The notes under the pieces: generated by a model
What the model was told of the DNA's origin: nothing
What the model saw: only the letters and a program-made list of their open reading frames with translations
Databases searched by the model: none
Source of the DNA: Parachlamydiales bacterium
GTDB lineage: Bacteria; Chlamydiota; Chlamydiia; Chlamydiales; JAFEGQ01
Reading direction: 5' to 3'
Assembly: GCA_050250135.1 (NCBI GenBank)
Contig: JBFWPF010000001.1
Coordinates: 30,305 to 94,304 of the forward strand
Length of the DNA: 64,000 nt
Translations under genes and position numbers: made by a program
Shown: positions 54,019 to 63,952 of the stretch, one piece after another
Position numbering within the stretch: position 1 is the first letter of the stretch
Layout: the number at the start of each line of letters is the position of its first letter

Positions 54019-56526
54019 ATGGGGAAGAAGCTGATCATCGTCGAGTCTCCGGCCAAGATGAAGACGCTAAAGAAATTCTTGGGACCCGACTATGTCTTTG
54101 AGTCGTCGGTGGGCCATATCCGTGATCTCCCCCAAAAGGGATTTGGGATCGACGTGGAGCACGACTTCGAGCCCACCTATGAGGTATTGCCCGAGAAGAA
54201 GGGGGTGGTAGAGAAGCTGATCCGGGAGGCGAAAAAGGCCGATATGGTCTACCTCTCCCCCGACCCCGACCGAGAGGGGGAGGCGATCGCCTGGCACATT
54301 GCCGCCCTATTGCCCAAGGGGACCAAGATCAAGCGGACCGCCTTTAACTCGATCACGAAAGATGAGGTGGTGCGGGCGCTGCAAAATCCAGAAGAGATCA
54401 ACCTGGCGCTAGTCGATGCGCAGCAGGCCCGCCGCTTTTTGGACCGGATGGTGGGCTATAAGATCTCCCCCATTTTGGCCCGAAAGGTAGCCGGAGGGCG
54501 GCGGATCGAAGGGGGATTGTCGGCCGGGCGTGTTCAGTCGGTCGCCCTTAAGCTGGTCGTCGATAGAGAGAAGGAGATCGAGGCGTTTAGGCCGGTCGAG
54601 TACTGGAACCTCTCCGCTAAGCTGGACCACAAGGGGAGCGAGAAGCCGATTGTGGCTCACCTCTTGTCGGTAGGGGGAAAGCGGGTCGAGAAGGAGCCAA
54701 TCGAGGGGAAAGAGGTCGCCCTGATCCCGAACGAGAAGACGGCGGCGGCAATTAAGGCCAAGCTCGAGAAGGCTACCTACAAAGTGGGCGCGGTAGAGCG
54801 GAAGGAGAAGCGGCGCAATCCGGTCGCCCCCTTCATTACGTCGACGCTGCAGCAGGAGGCAAGCCGCCACTTTGGCTTTGCCTCGTCGAAAACGATGAGC
54901 GTCGCTCAGACCCTCTATGAAGGGGTCGATATGGGCACCGAGGGGACTGAGGGTCTGATCACCTACATGCGTACCGACTCGGTCCGAACGGCTCCAGAGG
55001 CGATCTCGGCTGTGCGCACCCTGATCGAGAAAAAGTTCGGCAAGCAGTATGTGCCCGAGCAGCCCAAAATCTACACAAGCAAAAAGAGCGCCCAGGATGC
55101 TCACGAGGCGATCCGCCCCACTAACTTGGCCCATCCCCCTGAGCGGGTAAAAAAACACCTCACCCGCGACCAGTACTTCGTCTACACCCTGATCTGGAAG
55201 CGGTTTGTCGCCTCCCAAATGGCCGCCGCGGTCTATGACACCGTCTCCGCCGACATCGAAACCAATACCGATCTGGTGCTGCGGGCCACAGGGGCGATCA
55301 TCAAGTTTAAAGGGTTCCTCGCTCTGTACGAGGAGAAAAAAGAGGAAGAGGAGGAGGAGGCGGTTCAAAAGCTCCCCGAGCTAAAAGAGGGGGAGTCCCT
55401 CAAGCTGCAAGAGGTGGGGATGGAGCAGGCCTTTACCCGCCCACCGCCCCGCTTTACCGAGGCCTCGCTGGTCAAGGAGCTGGAAAAGTCGGGGATAGGC
55501 CGCCCTTCGACCTATGCGGCGATCATGAACAAGATCCAGAGCCGCTCCTACACCGTAAAGGAGAACAAGCGGCTCAAGCCGACCGAGCTCGGACGGGTCT
55601 GCGCCGACCTCCTCGAGCGGGCCTTTCCGAAGATCATGAATGTCGACTTTACGGCGAACATGGAGGATGACCTCGAGCTGATCGCGGAGAGCAAGAAGGA
55701 GTGGAAGGCGGTCATCCGGGAGTTCTGGAACGACTTCCTCCCCACCGTCCTCGAAGCTGAGAAGTCGGCCCATGTCCCCAAGATCGACACTGATCTCCCC
55801 TGCCCCAAGTGTGGCAAGCACCTCCAGAAGATCTGGGCGCGGCAAAAGTACTTCTACGGCTGCGTCGGCTATCCCGATTGCGACTACTCGGCACCGATCG
55901 AAGAGATGAGCTTCGACAAGTCGGAGTACGACCCCAACTTCAACTGGGAGCAGCGCTGTCCGATCTGCGACTCCGAAATGAAGGTCCGGCACGGCCGCTT
56001 TGGCCCCTTCCTCGGCTGCACCCGCTACCCCGAATGCAAGGGGACGGTCAACATCCCCAAGAAGGGGGAGGAGATCCCCTCTGCTGACGAGCTTCCCAAC
56101 TGTCCCGCTATCGGCTGCCCAGGGAAGATCCAAGCCCGCCGCTCCCGCTACGGGAAGATCTTCTTCTCCTGCTCGACCTACCCCGACTGCGATGTGATCG
56201 TCAACAAGGTGGAAGACCTCGCCAAGAAGTACAAGGACCACCCCCGCACCGCCTACGTCAAGAAGGCAAAGGGGAAAGGGGGCAGAGGTAAAGCCGCTTT
56301 ACATGCCCTCTCCAAGGAGCTGATTGACGTGGTCGGGGAGAAGGAACTGTCCCGCGGCGATGTGACCAAAAAGCTGTGGGAGTACATCAAGGCCAACGAC
56401 TTACAAGACCCTAAAAACAAGCGTCTTATCGTGCCCGACGCCAAGCTAACTAAGCTGTTCGGTTCTAGCGATCCCCTCGACATGTTCCAGCTCGCCCGGG
56501 TGATCAGCCGCCACCTAAAAAAATAG
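54019..56526 (+). CDS. topA: DNA topoisomerase I fused to a C-terminal SWIB/MDM2 domain
   Basis: The Toprim N-terminus is KKLIIVESPAKMKT. The C-terminal region has Cys4 zinc ribbons. The SWIB tail reads LSRGDVTKKLWEYIKANDLQDPKNKRLIVPD. The ATG is at 54019. Confidence 0.95.
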   Translation: MGKKLIIVESPAKMKTLKKFLGPDYVFESSVGHIRDLPQKGFGIDVEHDFEPTYEVLPEKKGVVEKLIREAKKADMVYLSPDPDREGEAIAWHIAALLPKGTKIKRTAFNSITKDEVVRALQNPEEINLALVDAQQARRFLDRMVGYKISPILARKVAGGRRIEGGLSAGRVQSVALKLVVDREKEIEAFRPVEYWNLSAKLDHKGSEKPIVAHLLSVGGKRVEKEPIEGKEVALIPNEKTAAAIKAKLEKATYKVGAVERKEKRRNPVAPFITSTLQQEASRHFGFASSKTMSVAQTLYEGVDMGTEGTEGLITYMRTDSVRTAPEAISAVRTLIEKKFGKQYVPEQPKIYTSKKSAQDAHEAIRPTNLAHPPERVKKHLTRDQYFVYTLIWKRFVASQMAAAVYDTVSADIETNTDLVLRATGAIIKFKGFLALYEEKKEEEEEEAVQKLPELKEGESLKLQEVGMEQAFTRPPPRFTEASLVKELEKSGIGRPSTYAAIMNKIQSRSYTVKENKRLKPTELGRVCADLLERAFPKIMNVDFTANMEDDLELIAESKKEWKAVIREFWNDFLPTVLEAEKSAHVPKIDTDLPCPKCGKHLQKIWARQKYFYGCVGYPDCDYSAPIEEMSFDKSEYDPNFNWEQRCPICDSEMKVRHGRFGPFLGCTRYPECKGTVNIPKKGEEIPSADELPNCPAIGCPGKIQARRSRYGKIFFSCSTYPDCDVIVNKVEDLAKKYKDHPRTAYVKKAKGKGGRGKAALHALSKELIDVVGEKELSRGDVTKKLWEYIKANDLQDPKNKRLIVPDAKLTKLFGSSDPLDMFQLARVISRHLKK
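56288..56302. repeat. palindromic motif copy GTAAAGC-C-GCTTTAC
   Basis: It lies inside topA, in the linker before the SWIB domain, and is read as G-K-A-A-L-H. Confidence 0.8.
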
Positions 56527-56550
56527 GTATTAATAAATTTTTAATATCCC

Positions 56551-56556
56551 TATAAT
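56551..56556 (+). promoter_or_regulatory. TATAAT box 6 nt upstream of the ATG at 56563 (possible leaderless transcript)
   Basis: The -10 box is a perfect hexamer, the -35 is weak, and there is no room for an SD. Confidence 0.3.
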
Positions 56557-56562
56557 GGGGGG

Positions 56563-56799
56563 ATGGAAAGAGTAGAGCCAAGACCCCTCAACCCCTTTGT
56601 CCCTATCCTGGCGGTGGGGGCCGTGGTCGGCATTGGCGTTAGCCTGTGCTCCTTTTTTGGCCCCGAATCGGTTCAGTTTCTGTCGCTTAGCCAATCGGTC
56701 TGGGTCCTGGGGATCAGCGGGGGGGTGCTATTGAGTGCCTCTACCACCCTCATTTCCAGGGCCTTGACACATGAGGCTGTTGATGAGTCCCTTAAATAG
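56563..56799 (+). CDS. small membrane protein (78 aa, two hydrophobic helices)
   Basis: An ATG ORF. Its bilobed hydrophobic pattern resembles the N-terminus of the next gene. Confidence 0.35.
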   Translation: MERVEPRPLNPFVPILAVGAVVGIGVSLCSFFGPESVQFLSLSQSVWVLGISGGVLLSASTTLISRALTHEAVDESLK

Positions 56800-56870
56800 G
56801 AAGTAGGTGGCAGCCAACAACCCACGGCGAGATTATCCTTAAATCGGTTTAGTTTTATCCCACTCTAGGA

Positions 56871-56876
56871 TAAAAT
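56871..56876 (+). promoter_or_regulatory. TAAAAT box 6 nt upstream of the ATG at 56883 (possible leaderless transcript)
   Basis: The -10-like hexamer overlaps the hairpin TTTTATCC-N7-GGATAAAA (56854-56875). TTTAGT lies 17 nt upstream. Confidence 0.3.
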
Positions 56877-56882
56877 ATTACC

Positions 56883-57626
56883 ATGAATCGAATTGAGAAA
56901 CCCGAAATAACCCTCCCCTTCCTCTTCGTAGGGGTGGTGAGCGCTGCCTGCCTACTGCCGGCTATCCGCCGCTTCCGGGAGGCGCATGTTCCGTTCCTGT
57001 CGCTCCAGCGGGGGGTCGCTCCCCTCCACCTCTCCTACCTCGGTGTGCTAGGGGCCGGGGGAGCACTCGGCCTAACCCACTGGAAGCGGATCGCCTATGA
57101 GGGGTCGCTCCTCTACACCGACTACTCAATCGCGGCACAGGGAAACCGATGGTACGACGAGATAAAGGGGAGTAACATCATCCTAAGCGCCATTCCCCTT
57201 AATGATAGGGGTCATCTCGAGGAACTCAAAGAGAAAGGGGTAGTCGCGGTCTTGGCCTGCGTTGAGGATTTTGAGCTTCTGCCGGGGTGGCAACATACCC
57301 CCGTTACGGCTGAGCAGTGGCGCGAGGCGGGTATCGAGTGGAAGCAGATTCATGCCCAGGACTATCTCCCTATGGCACAGAATCAGGTAAACGAGGCGAT
57401 GACTTTCCTGGAGGAATGGACCCCGAAAGGGAAGGTGGTTGTCCACTGTAAGGCTGGACGAGGGCGAAGTGCTACGGTGGTCACCGCTTACCAGATGAAA
57501 AAAAATAAACAGGACCGGACGACAGCTCTAAAGGATGTTCAGAAGTACCGGACTCAGGTTAACCTCAACGCCCTTCAGAAAACGGCGCTAACGAAGTTCG
57601 AGAAATCACTCTCCACCGAAGGCTAA
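56883..57626 (+). CDS. membrane-anchored dual-specificity (Cys-based) protein phosphatase
   Basis: The active-site motif is [15 protein letters not shown] (HCx5R). The N-terminus has two hydrophobic helices. Confidence 0.65.
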   Translation: MNRIEKPEITLPFLFVGVVSAACLLPAIRRFREAHVPFLSLQRGVAPLHLSYLGVLGAGGALGLTHWKRIAYEGSLLYTDYSIAAQGNRWYDEIKGSNIILSAIPLNDRGHLEELKEKGVVAVLACVEDFELLPGWQHTPVTAEQWREAGIEWKQIHAQDYLPMAQNQVNEAMTFLEEWTPKGKVVVHCKAGRGRSATVVTAYQMKKNKQDRTTALKDVQKYRTQVNLNALQKTALTKFEKSLSTEG

Positions 57627-59588
57627 TTCTCTTTCTCGCCACTCCCGCCACAGATCGCGGTAGTGGGCCGCCTCCTCATACCGGTGCTCCTTTGCCGCCC
57701 GCTTCATCGCCTGCTCGTACTCCTGGGCCCGCTTTCTGGCCTGCGCGACCGTAACAGGCTGGAACTCCTCCCGCTCAGCCACCACCTCCTCTTTCTCTGG
57801 CAGCTTCATCTCCCAGCCGATCTCCCGCTTCACGGTGACGGGGGTGATCCCGTGCTCTTCGTTGTAGGCTTGCTGGATCCGCCGCCTCGACTCGGTAGTG
57901 TCGATGGTCTGGCGGATCGAGTCGGTGATCGTATCGGCATACATGATCACCCTCCCCTCGGCGTTCCGGGCCGCCCGGCCACAGGTCTGGATGAGGGAGG
58001 TGGCGGAGCGGAGGAACCCCTCCTTGTCGGCATCGAGGATGGCGACGAGGGAGACCTCGGGGATATCGAGCCCCTCCCGGAGGAGGTTGATCCCGACCAG
58101 CACATCAAAGGTGCCGGTCCGCAGCTCCCGGATGATCTGCATCCGCTCGAGGGTGTCGATATCGGAGTGAAGGTACTTGGCCTTGACGTCGAGCTCGAGG
58201 AGGTAGTCGGTAAGCTCTTCGGAAAGCCGTTTGGTAAGGGTCGTGACCAACACACGCCCCCCTTTTTGGGTGTGGTCGCGGATCTCGCCGAGGCAGTTGT
58301 CCACCTGCCCCTCGGCGGGGCGGACCTCGATGATCGGGTCGAGAAGGCCTGTCGGGCGGATGATCTGCTCGACGATCTCTCCGCCACACTGCTCCACCTC
58401 CCAGGGCCCTGGTGTTGCCGAGACAAAGACCCGCTGCCCTATCCGCTCCCGCCACTCCTCAAAGGTCAGGGGGCGGTTGTCGTAGGCTGAGGGGAGGCGA
58501 AACCCAAAATCGACGAGGGCCTTCTTCCGCGCCCGGTCCCCGTTGTGCATCGCCCGGATCTGGGGGAGGGTCTGGTGGGACTCGTCCACAAAGATCAGGA
58601 AGTCGTCGGGGAAATAGTCGAGGAGGCAGGGAGGGGGATCGCCTGGGCCCCGCTTGCTAAAGTGGCGGGAGTAGTTCTCAATACCCTTGCAAAAGCCCAG
58701 CTCCTTGATCATCTCGAGGTCATAGCGGGTCCGCTGCCCGATCCGCTCCTCCTCTAAGAGCTGCCCCTGGTCGTGAAAATAGCGGCTCCGCTCAGCCAGC
58801 TCATCGCGGATGCTCGCCATCGCGTCGATCCGGACCTCTTCGGGGGTGACGTGGTGGGAGGCGGGGAAAACGGTCGCACTCTGAACCCTCTCGATCACCT
58901 TGCCGGTAAGGGGATCGATCCAGCTGAGCCGCTCGATCTCCTCATCGAAAAACTCCACCCTTAGCGCCAGCGCCTCTTCGTAGGCGGGGAAGATCTCGAG
59001 GGTATCGCCCCGCGCCCGGAAGGTCCCCCGCCCAAAGTCGACATCGTTGCGCTTGTAGTGGATCTCCACAAGGTGGATCAGCACCTCATCCCGCCGATGC
59101 ACCTTGCCCACCTCAAACTTGAGATTCATCTTGGCGTAGTACTCGGGGAGGCCCAGGCCGTAGATGCAGCTAACCGAGGCGACGATCAGAACATCGCGCC
59201 GCTCGATCAGGGAGCGGGTCGCTGAGAGGCGCATCTTGTCGATCTCATCGTTGATCGACATGTCCTTTTCGATGTAGGTGTCGCTCCGGGGGATGTAGGC
59301 CTCCGGCTGGTAGTAGTCGTAGTAGGAGACAAAGTACTCGACCGCATTCTCGGGGAAGAAGGTCTTAAACTCCTGGTAGAGCTGGGCGGCAAGGGTCTTG
59401 TTGTGGGCCATCACGAGGGTGGGGCGCTGCAGCGCCTCCACCACACAGGCCATCGTGAAGGTCTTGCCCGAGCCGGTGATCCCCAAGAGGACCTGTGACT
59501 CTTTCCCCCCTTTGATCCCCGCCACCAGCTTCCCGATAGCGGCCGGCTGATCCCCTTTCGGCGAATAGGGGGTTTTGAGCTTAAACAT
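57606..59588 (-). CDS. uvrB: excinuclease ABC subunit B
   Basis: It shows a full-length UvrB pattern ([17 protein letters not shown]-terminal UVR motif). Confidence 0.95.
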   Translation of the reverse strand: MFKLKTPYSPKGDQPAAIGKLVAGIKGGKESQVLLGITGSGKTFTMACVVEALQRPTLVMAHNKTLAAQLYQEFKTFFPENAVEYFVSYYDYYQPEAYIPRSDTYIEKDMSINDEIDKMRLSATRSLIERRDVLIVASVSCIYGLGLPEYYAKMNLKFEVGKVHRRDEVLIHLVEIHYKRNDVDFGRGTFRARGDTLEIFPAYEEALALRVEFFDEEIERLSWIDPLTGKVIERVQSATVFPASHHVTPEEVRIDAMASIRDELAERSRYFHDQGQLLEEERIGQRTRYDLEMIKELGFCKGIENYSRHFSKRGPGDPPPCLLDYFPDDFLIFVDESHQTLPQIRAMHNGDRARKKALVDFGFRLPSAYDNRPLTFEEWRERIGQRVFVSATPGPWEVEQCGGEIVEQIIRPTGLLDPIIEVRPAEGQVDNCLGEIRDHTQKGGRVLVTTLTKRLSEELTDYLLELDVKAKYLHSDIDTLERMQIIRELRTGTFDVLVGINLLREGLDIPEVSLVAILDADKEGFLRSATSLIQTCGRAARNAEGRVIMYADTITDSIRQTIDTTESRRRIQQAYNEEHGITPVTVKREIGWEMKLPEKEEVVAEREEFQPVTVAQARKRAQEYEQAMKRAAKEHRYEEAAHYRDLWREWRERELAFGGE

Positions 59589-60618
59589 CGCGGGCGATGC
59601 GGGAAATCTTGTTCCAGGTTCCCGAGAGCCCCATGGCGCTCATCATCTCTTTCAGGGTCCCGTTGGAAAACTCCCGCATCCTCTCGGTCCCCTCGTAGAG
59701 GATCCGCTCGACAAGCCCCCTCTCCCCCTCGTAGTAGGCCCTCCGCTCCCGGATCGGCTCAAGAAAGTTATTGATTGCCTTGGCGAGCTTCTCTTTCACC
59801 TCGACATCGCCTACCTTCCCCACCCGATAGCGGGCTTTGAGGTCCTCCACTTCCCCTTTGTCGGGGTTGAAGAGGTCGTGGTAGATAAAGACCGGGTTCC
59901 CCTCGACGGTGCCGGGAACATCGGCCGAGACCCGGCTGGGATCGGTGTACATCCCCCGCACCTTCTTCTCGACAGTCTTGGCGTCGTCGGCCAGATCGAT
60001 CGTGTTGCCGAGCGACTTGGACATCTTGGCCTGCCCGTCGGTCCCCACCAGGGTCGGGTGGTCACTCAGCAGCACCTCCGGCTCGGGAAAGACCTCGCCA
60101 TAGAGGGTATTGAAGCGGCGGGCGATCAGGCGGGCGATCTCGACGTGGGCCTCATTATCCTTCCCTACCGGCACCAGGTCGGCCTTGGGGCCCAGAATAT
60201 CGGCCGCCTGAAGGACCGGGTAGCCGATTAGGTTGTAGGGGATTGACTCCTCCTCAATGTGGGCATTGCGGGCCATCTCCTTAAGGCTGGGGAGGCCGGT
60301 CAACCGGTTGACCGAGATCAGGCCGCCAAGCAGCAGCGCCATCTGGTAGAAGGCGGGGCAGGCCGACTGCAGGTAAAAGGTGGTCTTGGCCGGATCGAGC
60401 CCGCAAGCCAGGTTATCGAGCAGGCAGTCCCGCACATGATCTCGGATCAGCAGGATATCCTTTTTCTCCCGCTTGGTCGTAAGCACATGGAGGTCGGCGA
60501 TGATAAAGGAGCAGTCGTACTTGTCCTGCAGGGAAACCCGGTTTCGGATTGAGCCGATCCAGTGGCCGAGGTGGAGTTTCCCCGTTGGGCGATCCCCTGT
60601 CAGTACCCGCTTCTTCAT
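59581..60618 (-). CDS. trpS: tryptophan--tRNA ligase
   Basis: The HIGH-type motif is [10 protein letters not shown] and KMSKS is present. The ATG at 60618 overlaps the upstream stop by 1 nt (TGATG). Confidence 0.9.
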   Translation of the reverse strand: MKKRVLTGDRPTGKLHLGHWIGSIRNRVSLQDKYDCSFIIADLHVLTTKREKKDILLIRDHVRDCLLDNLACGLDPAKTTFYLQSACPAFYQMALLLGGLISVNRLTGLPSLKEMARNAHIEEESIPYNLIGYPVLQAADILGPKADLVPVGKDNEAHVEIARLIARRFNTLYGEVFPEPEVLLSDHPTLVGTDGQAKMSKSLGNTIDLADDAKTVEKKVRGMYTDPSRVSADVPGTVEGNPVFIYHDLFNPDKGEVEDLKARYRVGKVGDVEVKEKLAKAINNFLEPIRERRAYYEGERGLVERILYEGTERMREFSNGTLKEMMSAMGLSGTWNKISRIARDV

Positions 60619-61793
60619 CACGCCTTCCCCTTTGTCATAAAGAAGACGATAACCACGAGGAGGAAAAAGCAAAAGGAGAGGAGGAGGGCGACCTTTCCCC
60701 CTGCAACATGGTAGTCGAGCCGCTTCTTCCGGACATAACGCTCCCCCCAGACCATCGCCGTCGGCAACAGCCCCAGGAGGATCGCTACAAGGGGTCCCCC
60801 ATAGCTGAGGGCCAGCACAAAGCCGCTAGGGTAGAGAAGAGCAAACGCAAGGGGAGGGATAAAGGTAAGGGCCGCGATCATCCCCCGCCCCAACCGCGAG
60901 GTGGAGACCTTGAGCCCATCCCGCAGAAAGTCGGCAAGGCTGATCGAAACCCCCAGAAACGAAGTCAGCAGGGCACAGACCGAGAGGACCCACATCACCG
61001 GCCCCAATACCGCCCTCCCCGTTAACCGGGGAAAAAGGGAGGCGAAGGCGGGGCCGGGCTGCCCTCCCTTCAAAATGGCGAGCAGCTCCCCCTTCGGGAC
61101 CACCCCCAACACCACCACCTCCCAGGCGATATAGACGACCAGGGGGATCAGGCACCCGATCAGGAGGCAGAGGCGGCACCGGTTGACCTCCCGACCGAGG
61201 TAGTCGACCAAACTCGGGACGATGATATGGAAACCAAAAGTGGTCACCACAAGCGAGAGGGGGGCCGCCAGCGCGGGCAGGTGGGCCGCCATAAGAGGCT
61301 TAGCCTCAACCCTAACCCCAAGCATCACAACCAAAATAAGATAGGCGACAACAAGGCCAACCATCAGGACCCGGTTGAGCTTGTCGACCGACCGGATTCC
61401 GAGGTAGACCATCGCCCCGAAGAGGAGGACCCAGGGGAGGGGGCCGACCCACGGCGGCATCGCCGGAATCGCCTCCGCCAGCAGGGCCCCACTCCCGGTG
61501 ATGTAGGCCGCCATCAAGACGTAGAGGAGGAGCATATAGGAGGCCCAGGCGATCACCTCGCCCACCGGCCCCAGCGTTACTCGGGCCATCGAGACCAAGT
61601 TGGCGTGCTTGGGCGCAACCAAGGTCGCCTCAAGGAACAGGAAGGCGGTGTAGGCCATAAAGGCCCAGACCACTCCGAAAAGGAGGAGAGAGGGGAAAAA
61701 CCCCGCCTGAGCGGTCGCTACCGGCAGCGCCAACATCCCCCCGCCGATGGTCGTCCCCGCGACCAGTAAAATCCCCCCGATCAGCCGCATCAT
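60618..61793 (-). CDS. tyrP: aromatic amino acid permease (Mtr/TnaB/TyrP, HAAAP family), copy 2
   Basis: The N-terminus is [15 protein letters not shown]. The protein is polytopic. It overlaps the upstream copy as ATGA. Confidence 0.8.
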   Translation of the reverse strand: MMRLIGGILLVAGTTIGGGMLALPVATAQAGFFPSLLLFGVVWAFMAYTAFLFLEATLVAPKHANLVSMARVTLGPVGEVIAWASYMLLLYVLMAAYITGSGALLAEAIPAMPPWVGPLPWVLLFGAMVYLGIRSVDKLNRVLMVGLVVAYLILVVMLGVRVEAKPLMAAHLPALAAPLSLVVTTFGFHIIVPSLVDYLGREVNRCRLCLLIGCLIPLVVYIAWEVVVLGVVPKGELLAILKGGQPGPAFASLFPRLTGRAVLGPVMWVLSVCALLTSFLGVSISLADFLRDGLKVSTSRLGRGMIAALTFIPPLAFALLYPSGFVLALSYGGPLVAILLGLLPTAMVWGERYVRKKRLDYHVAGGKVALLLSFCFFLLVVIVFFMTKGKA

Positions 61794-63004
61794 CCGGCCA
61801 TCCCCAACTGCTTAGCGAGCTGAATCCCCATCACCCCAAGGGCAACCAGGATCACCACCACCAGCATCGGCCTCCCTCCACGGGCTGCGTGGAAGGTCTC
61901 CTTACCCTCTCGGTAGCGGAGCTGCCACACCATCAGGGACGGCATGATCCCGAACAAAACGACCGCCCCATAGGCCCCGGCCATCTGGAGGGCCTTCACA
62001 AAGATCCCCGGGTTATAGAGAGCCGCCATATAGGGGGGAACGAGCGCCAGTAGGGTCAGCATCCCCCTCCACAGCTGGGTGCGGGGGGTCTTAAACCCGT
62101 CGGCCAAGAAGTCGACCAGGCTCAGCGCTTGTCCCAGCACCGAGGTCACGATCGCAAAGAAGGCAAAGAGCTCCCCTGCAAGGGTGATCCACCCCTTACC
62201 GAGCACCGCCGCTAGCGCCTTGGGAGCAATCTCCCCCTCATCGTTTCCCCCGAGGAAAAAGATCTCCGGTGGAACGATTCCCAGGACCACCGCTTCCCAG
62301 ACCAGATAGATGGCGAGCGGAATCAGGCTTCCGATAATCACCACTTGCCGCATATGGCGGGCATCCCCCTCCAGGTAGTGGGTAAGGGTGGGGAGCATGT
62401 TGTGGAAGCCAAAGGCGATCACCAGCACCGGCATCGCAAAGGGGGCCTTTTCCCAGTAGAGGTGCCTGAGCAGCTCTCCCCGGATCTCAGGAAAACCAAA
62501 AGCAACCAGCGCCACATAGGAGACCACAAGGCCGACCATCAGGTAGCGGTTGACATAGTCACACGCTGCCGTCCCGATAAAGACGAGCAGACCCAAGATC
62601 GCCGTCACGATCAGGCTTCCCGCCCATACCGGTGGGGGCTGCCCCCCGTAATAGGTGACAAACTCAGCCACCAACTGCCCGCTCCCCGCGGTGTAGGCGG
62701 TCAGGATCAGGTAGAAGAGGTAGCAGAAGAGAAACCAGCTAAGGCCCTTCCCTACCACACCCAGCGTCCGCCCCGCCATTGAGACGATCGAGACATTGGG
62801 GCCCATCCAGAGGTTAACCTCGAGGAGCAAAAGCGCCGTCGTCGTCATAAAGGCCCAGGCCAACAGGAAGGCCAACACCGCCGGCACAAAACCGGCCATC
62901 GCGGTTGCCGTGGGCATCGCGAGCATCCCTGCCCCGATGCAACTTCCTGCAATCAGAAGGATTGCCCCTAATGTTCGTGTCCGTATCTGCTTAGAATTCA
63001 ACAT
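61790..63004 (-). CDS. tyrP: aromatic amino acid permease (HAAAP family), copy 1
   Basis: Motif RTLGAILLIAGSCIGAGMLAMP. I prefer the ATG at 63004 with AGAGG 6 nt upstream. The track's GTG is at 63028. Confidence 0.8.
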   Translation of the reverse strand: MLNSKQIRTRTLGAILLIAGSCIGAGMLAMPTATAMAGFVPAVLAFLLAWAFMTTTALLLLEVNLWMGPNVSIVSMAGRTLGVVGKGLSWFLFCYLFYLILTAYTAGSGQLVAEFVTYYGGQPPPVWAGSLIVTAILGLLVFIGTAACDYVNRYLMVGLVVSYVALVAFGFPEIRGELLRHLYWEKAPFAMPVLVIAFGFHNMLPTLTHYLEGDARHMRQVVIIGSLIPLAIYLVWEAVVLGIVPPEIFFLGGNDEGEIAPKALAAVLGKGWITLAGELFAFFAIVTSVLGQALSLVDFLADGFKTPRTQLWRGMLTLLALVPPYMAALYNPGIFVKALQMAGAYGAVVLFGIMPSLMVWQLRYREGKETFHAARGGRPMLVVVILVALGVMGIQLAKQLGMAG

Positions 63005-63015
63005 GGATAACCTCT

Positions 63016-63203
63016 GATAAGTAGACACCCGACTTGCCAGTTACTAATGCCTTTTATCCGAGGGGAGATCGGTTTCCAGGGCTGCGTCTGAGCCGCAGGA
63101 CAGGGCCAAAGCGCCCTGTTCAAGGCGAAGAGACAGCCCTGGGAGCCAATATCCGCCGGAGAAAAGGCGTTAGTAGCTGGCAAGTCGGGTGTAGACTACC
63201 GCC
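63016..63203. repeat. long imperfect palindrome / extended hairpin (element B)
   Basis: The outer helix has about 35 bp, pairing 63025-63059 with 63158-63192. A second tier is CCAGGGCTG/CAGCCCTGG. The apical hairpins are CTGCG-N7-CGCAG and CAGGGC-CAAAGC-GCCCTG. It abuts the tyrP SD. Confidence 0.7.
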
Positions 63204-63247
63204 AACCAAAAAATGGGCCCTGGCTGTGATGATAATCGTCTCTCATA

Positions 63248-63952
63248 TCAAAGGTCTTGAGTGGTTACGCTTAGGGTAAGAGATTCCTCTTTTTGGGACA
63301 AGGTTTGAGAGGGATCCTCATACCTCCAATTCATCTTCAGGGGGTGGGGGTCATCCCAATGGTAGACCCCCCACAAGATCGACACCTGGAGATGGGGGCA
63401 CTGCCGATAGAGTGCTGGGAGGCGATCCTCCAGCGAGCACTCCACGACCTCCAACCGCTTCAGCTGCTTAAGCGACGGGACGAGCACAACCAGAGCCTCG
63501 ACATCGGGTTTCGAGTAGCTCACTACAAGCCGCGTGAGATTGGGCGACCCCTCTCCCACCGCCCTAAAGAGCTCCGCATCCAACCCTTTGCACCGCCGCA
63601 TCACCAGCTCTTTAAGGTTTTTGCACCCCTTTAGCTTCTTGATGAAGGGGGCATTTAGGCATTGGGTACTCAGATCGAGCACCTTCAAATTGGGCCAGCC
63701 TAGCAGCTCCTCACGAAGGGGGTCCTCAAGGGGCGATCTCCTCACATTGCACCGGTTCACCCAGAAGTCGGGAATAGTCCGGAAATAGCGGCAGACCCGT
63801 TGGAGGGTGAGGTAGGTCCCTTCATCGGTATAGGAGACGATCTGCCACCACAGCTCTGAAGGGAGGGGCTCAGGCGGGCTTATATCCCATTCTAGCTTAA
63901 GCTTCTTGGTCTCCATAAGAGGATTATACCCCTTCTTGCACTCTCCGTCCAC
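63248..63952 (-). CDS. eukaryote-like F-box / leucine-rich-repeat protein
   Basis: The F-box-like motif is LPSELWWQIVSYTDEGTYLTLQRVCRYFRTI. LRRs follow (LKVLDLS, CKNLKELVMRRCKGL, SPNLTRLVVS, LKQLKRLEVVEC). Confidence 0.6.
   Translation of the reverse strand: MDGECKKGYNPLMETKKLKLEWDISPPEPLPSELWWQIVSYTDEGTYLTLQRVCRYFRTIPDFWVNRCNVRRSPLEDPLREELLGWPNLKVLDLSTQCLNAPFIKKLKGCKNLKELVMRRCKGLDAELFRAVGEGSPNLTRLVVSYSKPDVEALVVLVPSLKQLKRLEVVECSLEDRLPALYRQCPHLQVSILWGVYHWDDPHPLKMNWRYEDPSQTLSQKEESLTLSVTTQDL

Noticed and set aside
54409-56241. Two long antisense ORFs (319 and 286 aa) lie inside topA. Similar antisense ORFs occur at 9354-10142, 13567-14238, 20464-21105, 48714-49364 and 57663-58490.
   Set aside because: Each overlaps a confidently recognised housekeeping gene on the other strand and shows no recognisable motif. 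I treat them as compositional artefacts.
63016-63203. A T-box or known amino-acid riboswitch upstream of tyrP/trpS.
   Set aside because: I could not find the conserved T-box sequence (GGUGGNACCGCG-like) or a specifier-loop arrangement. The overall shape is a single long foldback rather than a T-box architecture, and strand-specific wobble evidence points the other way. A covariance-model scan is still needed.
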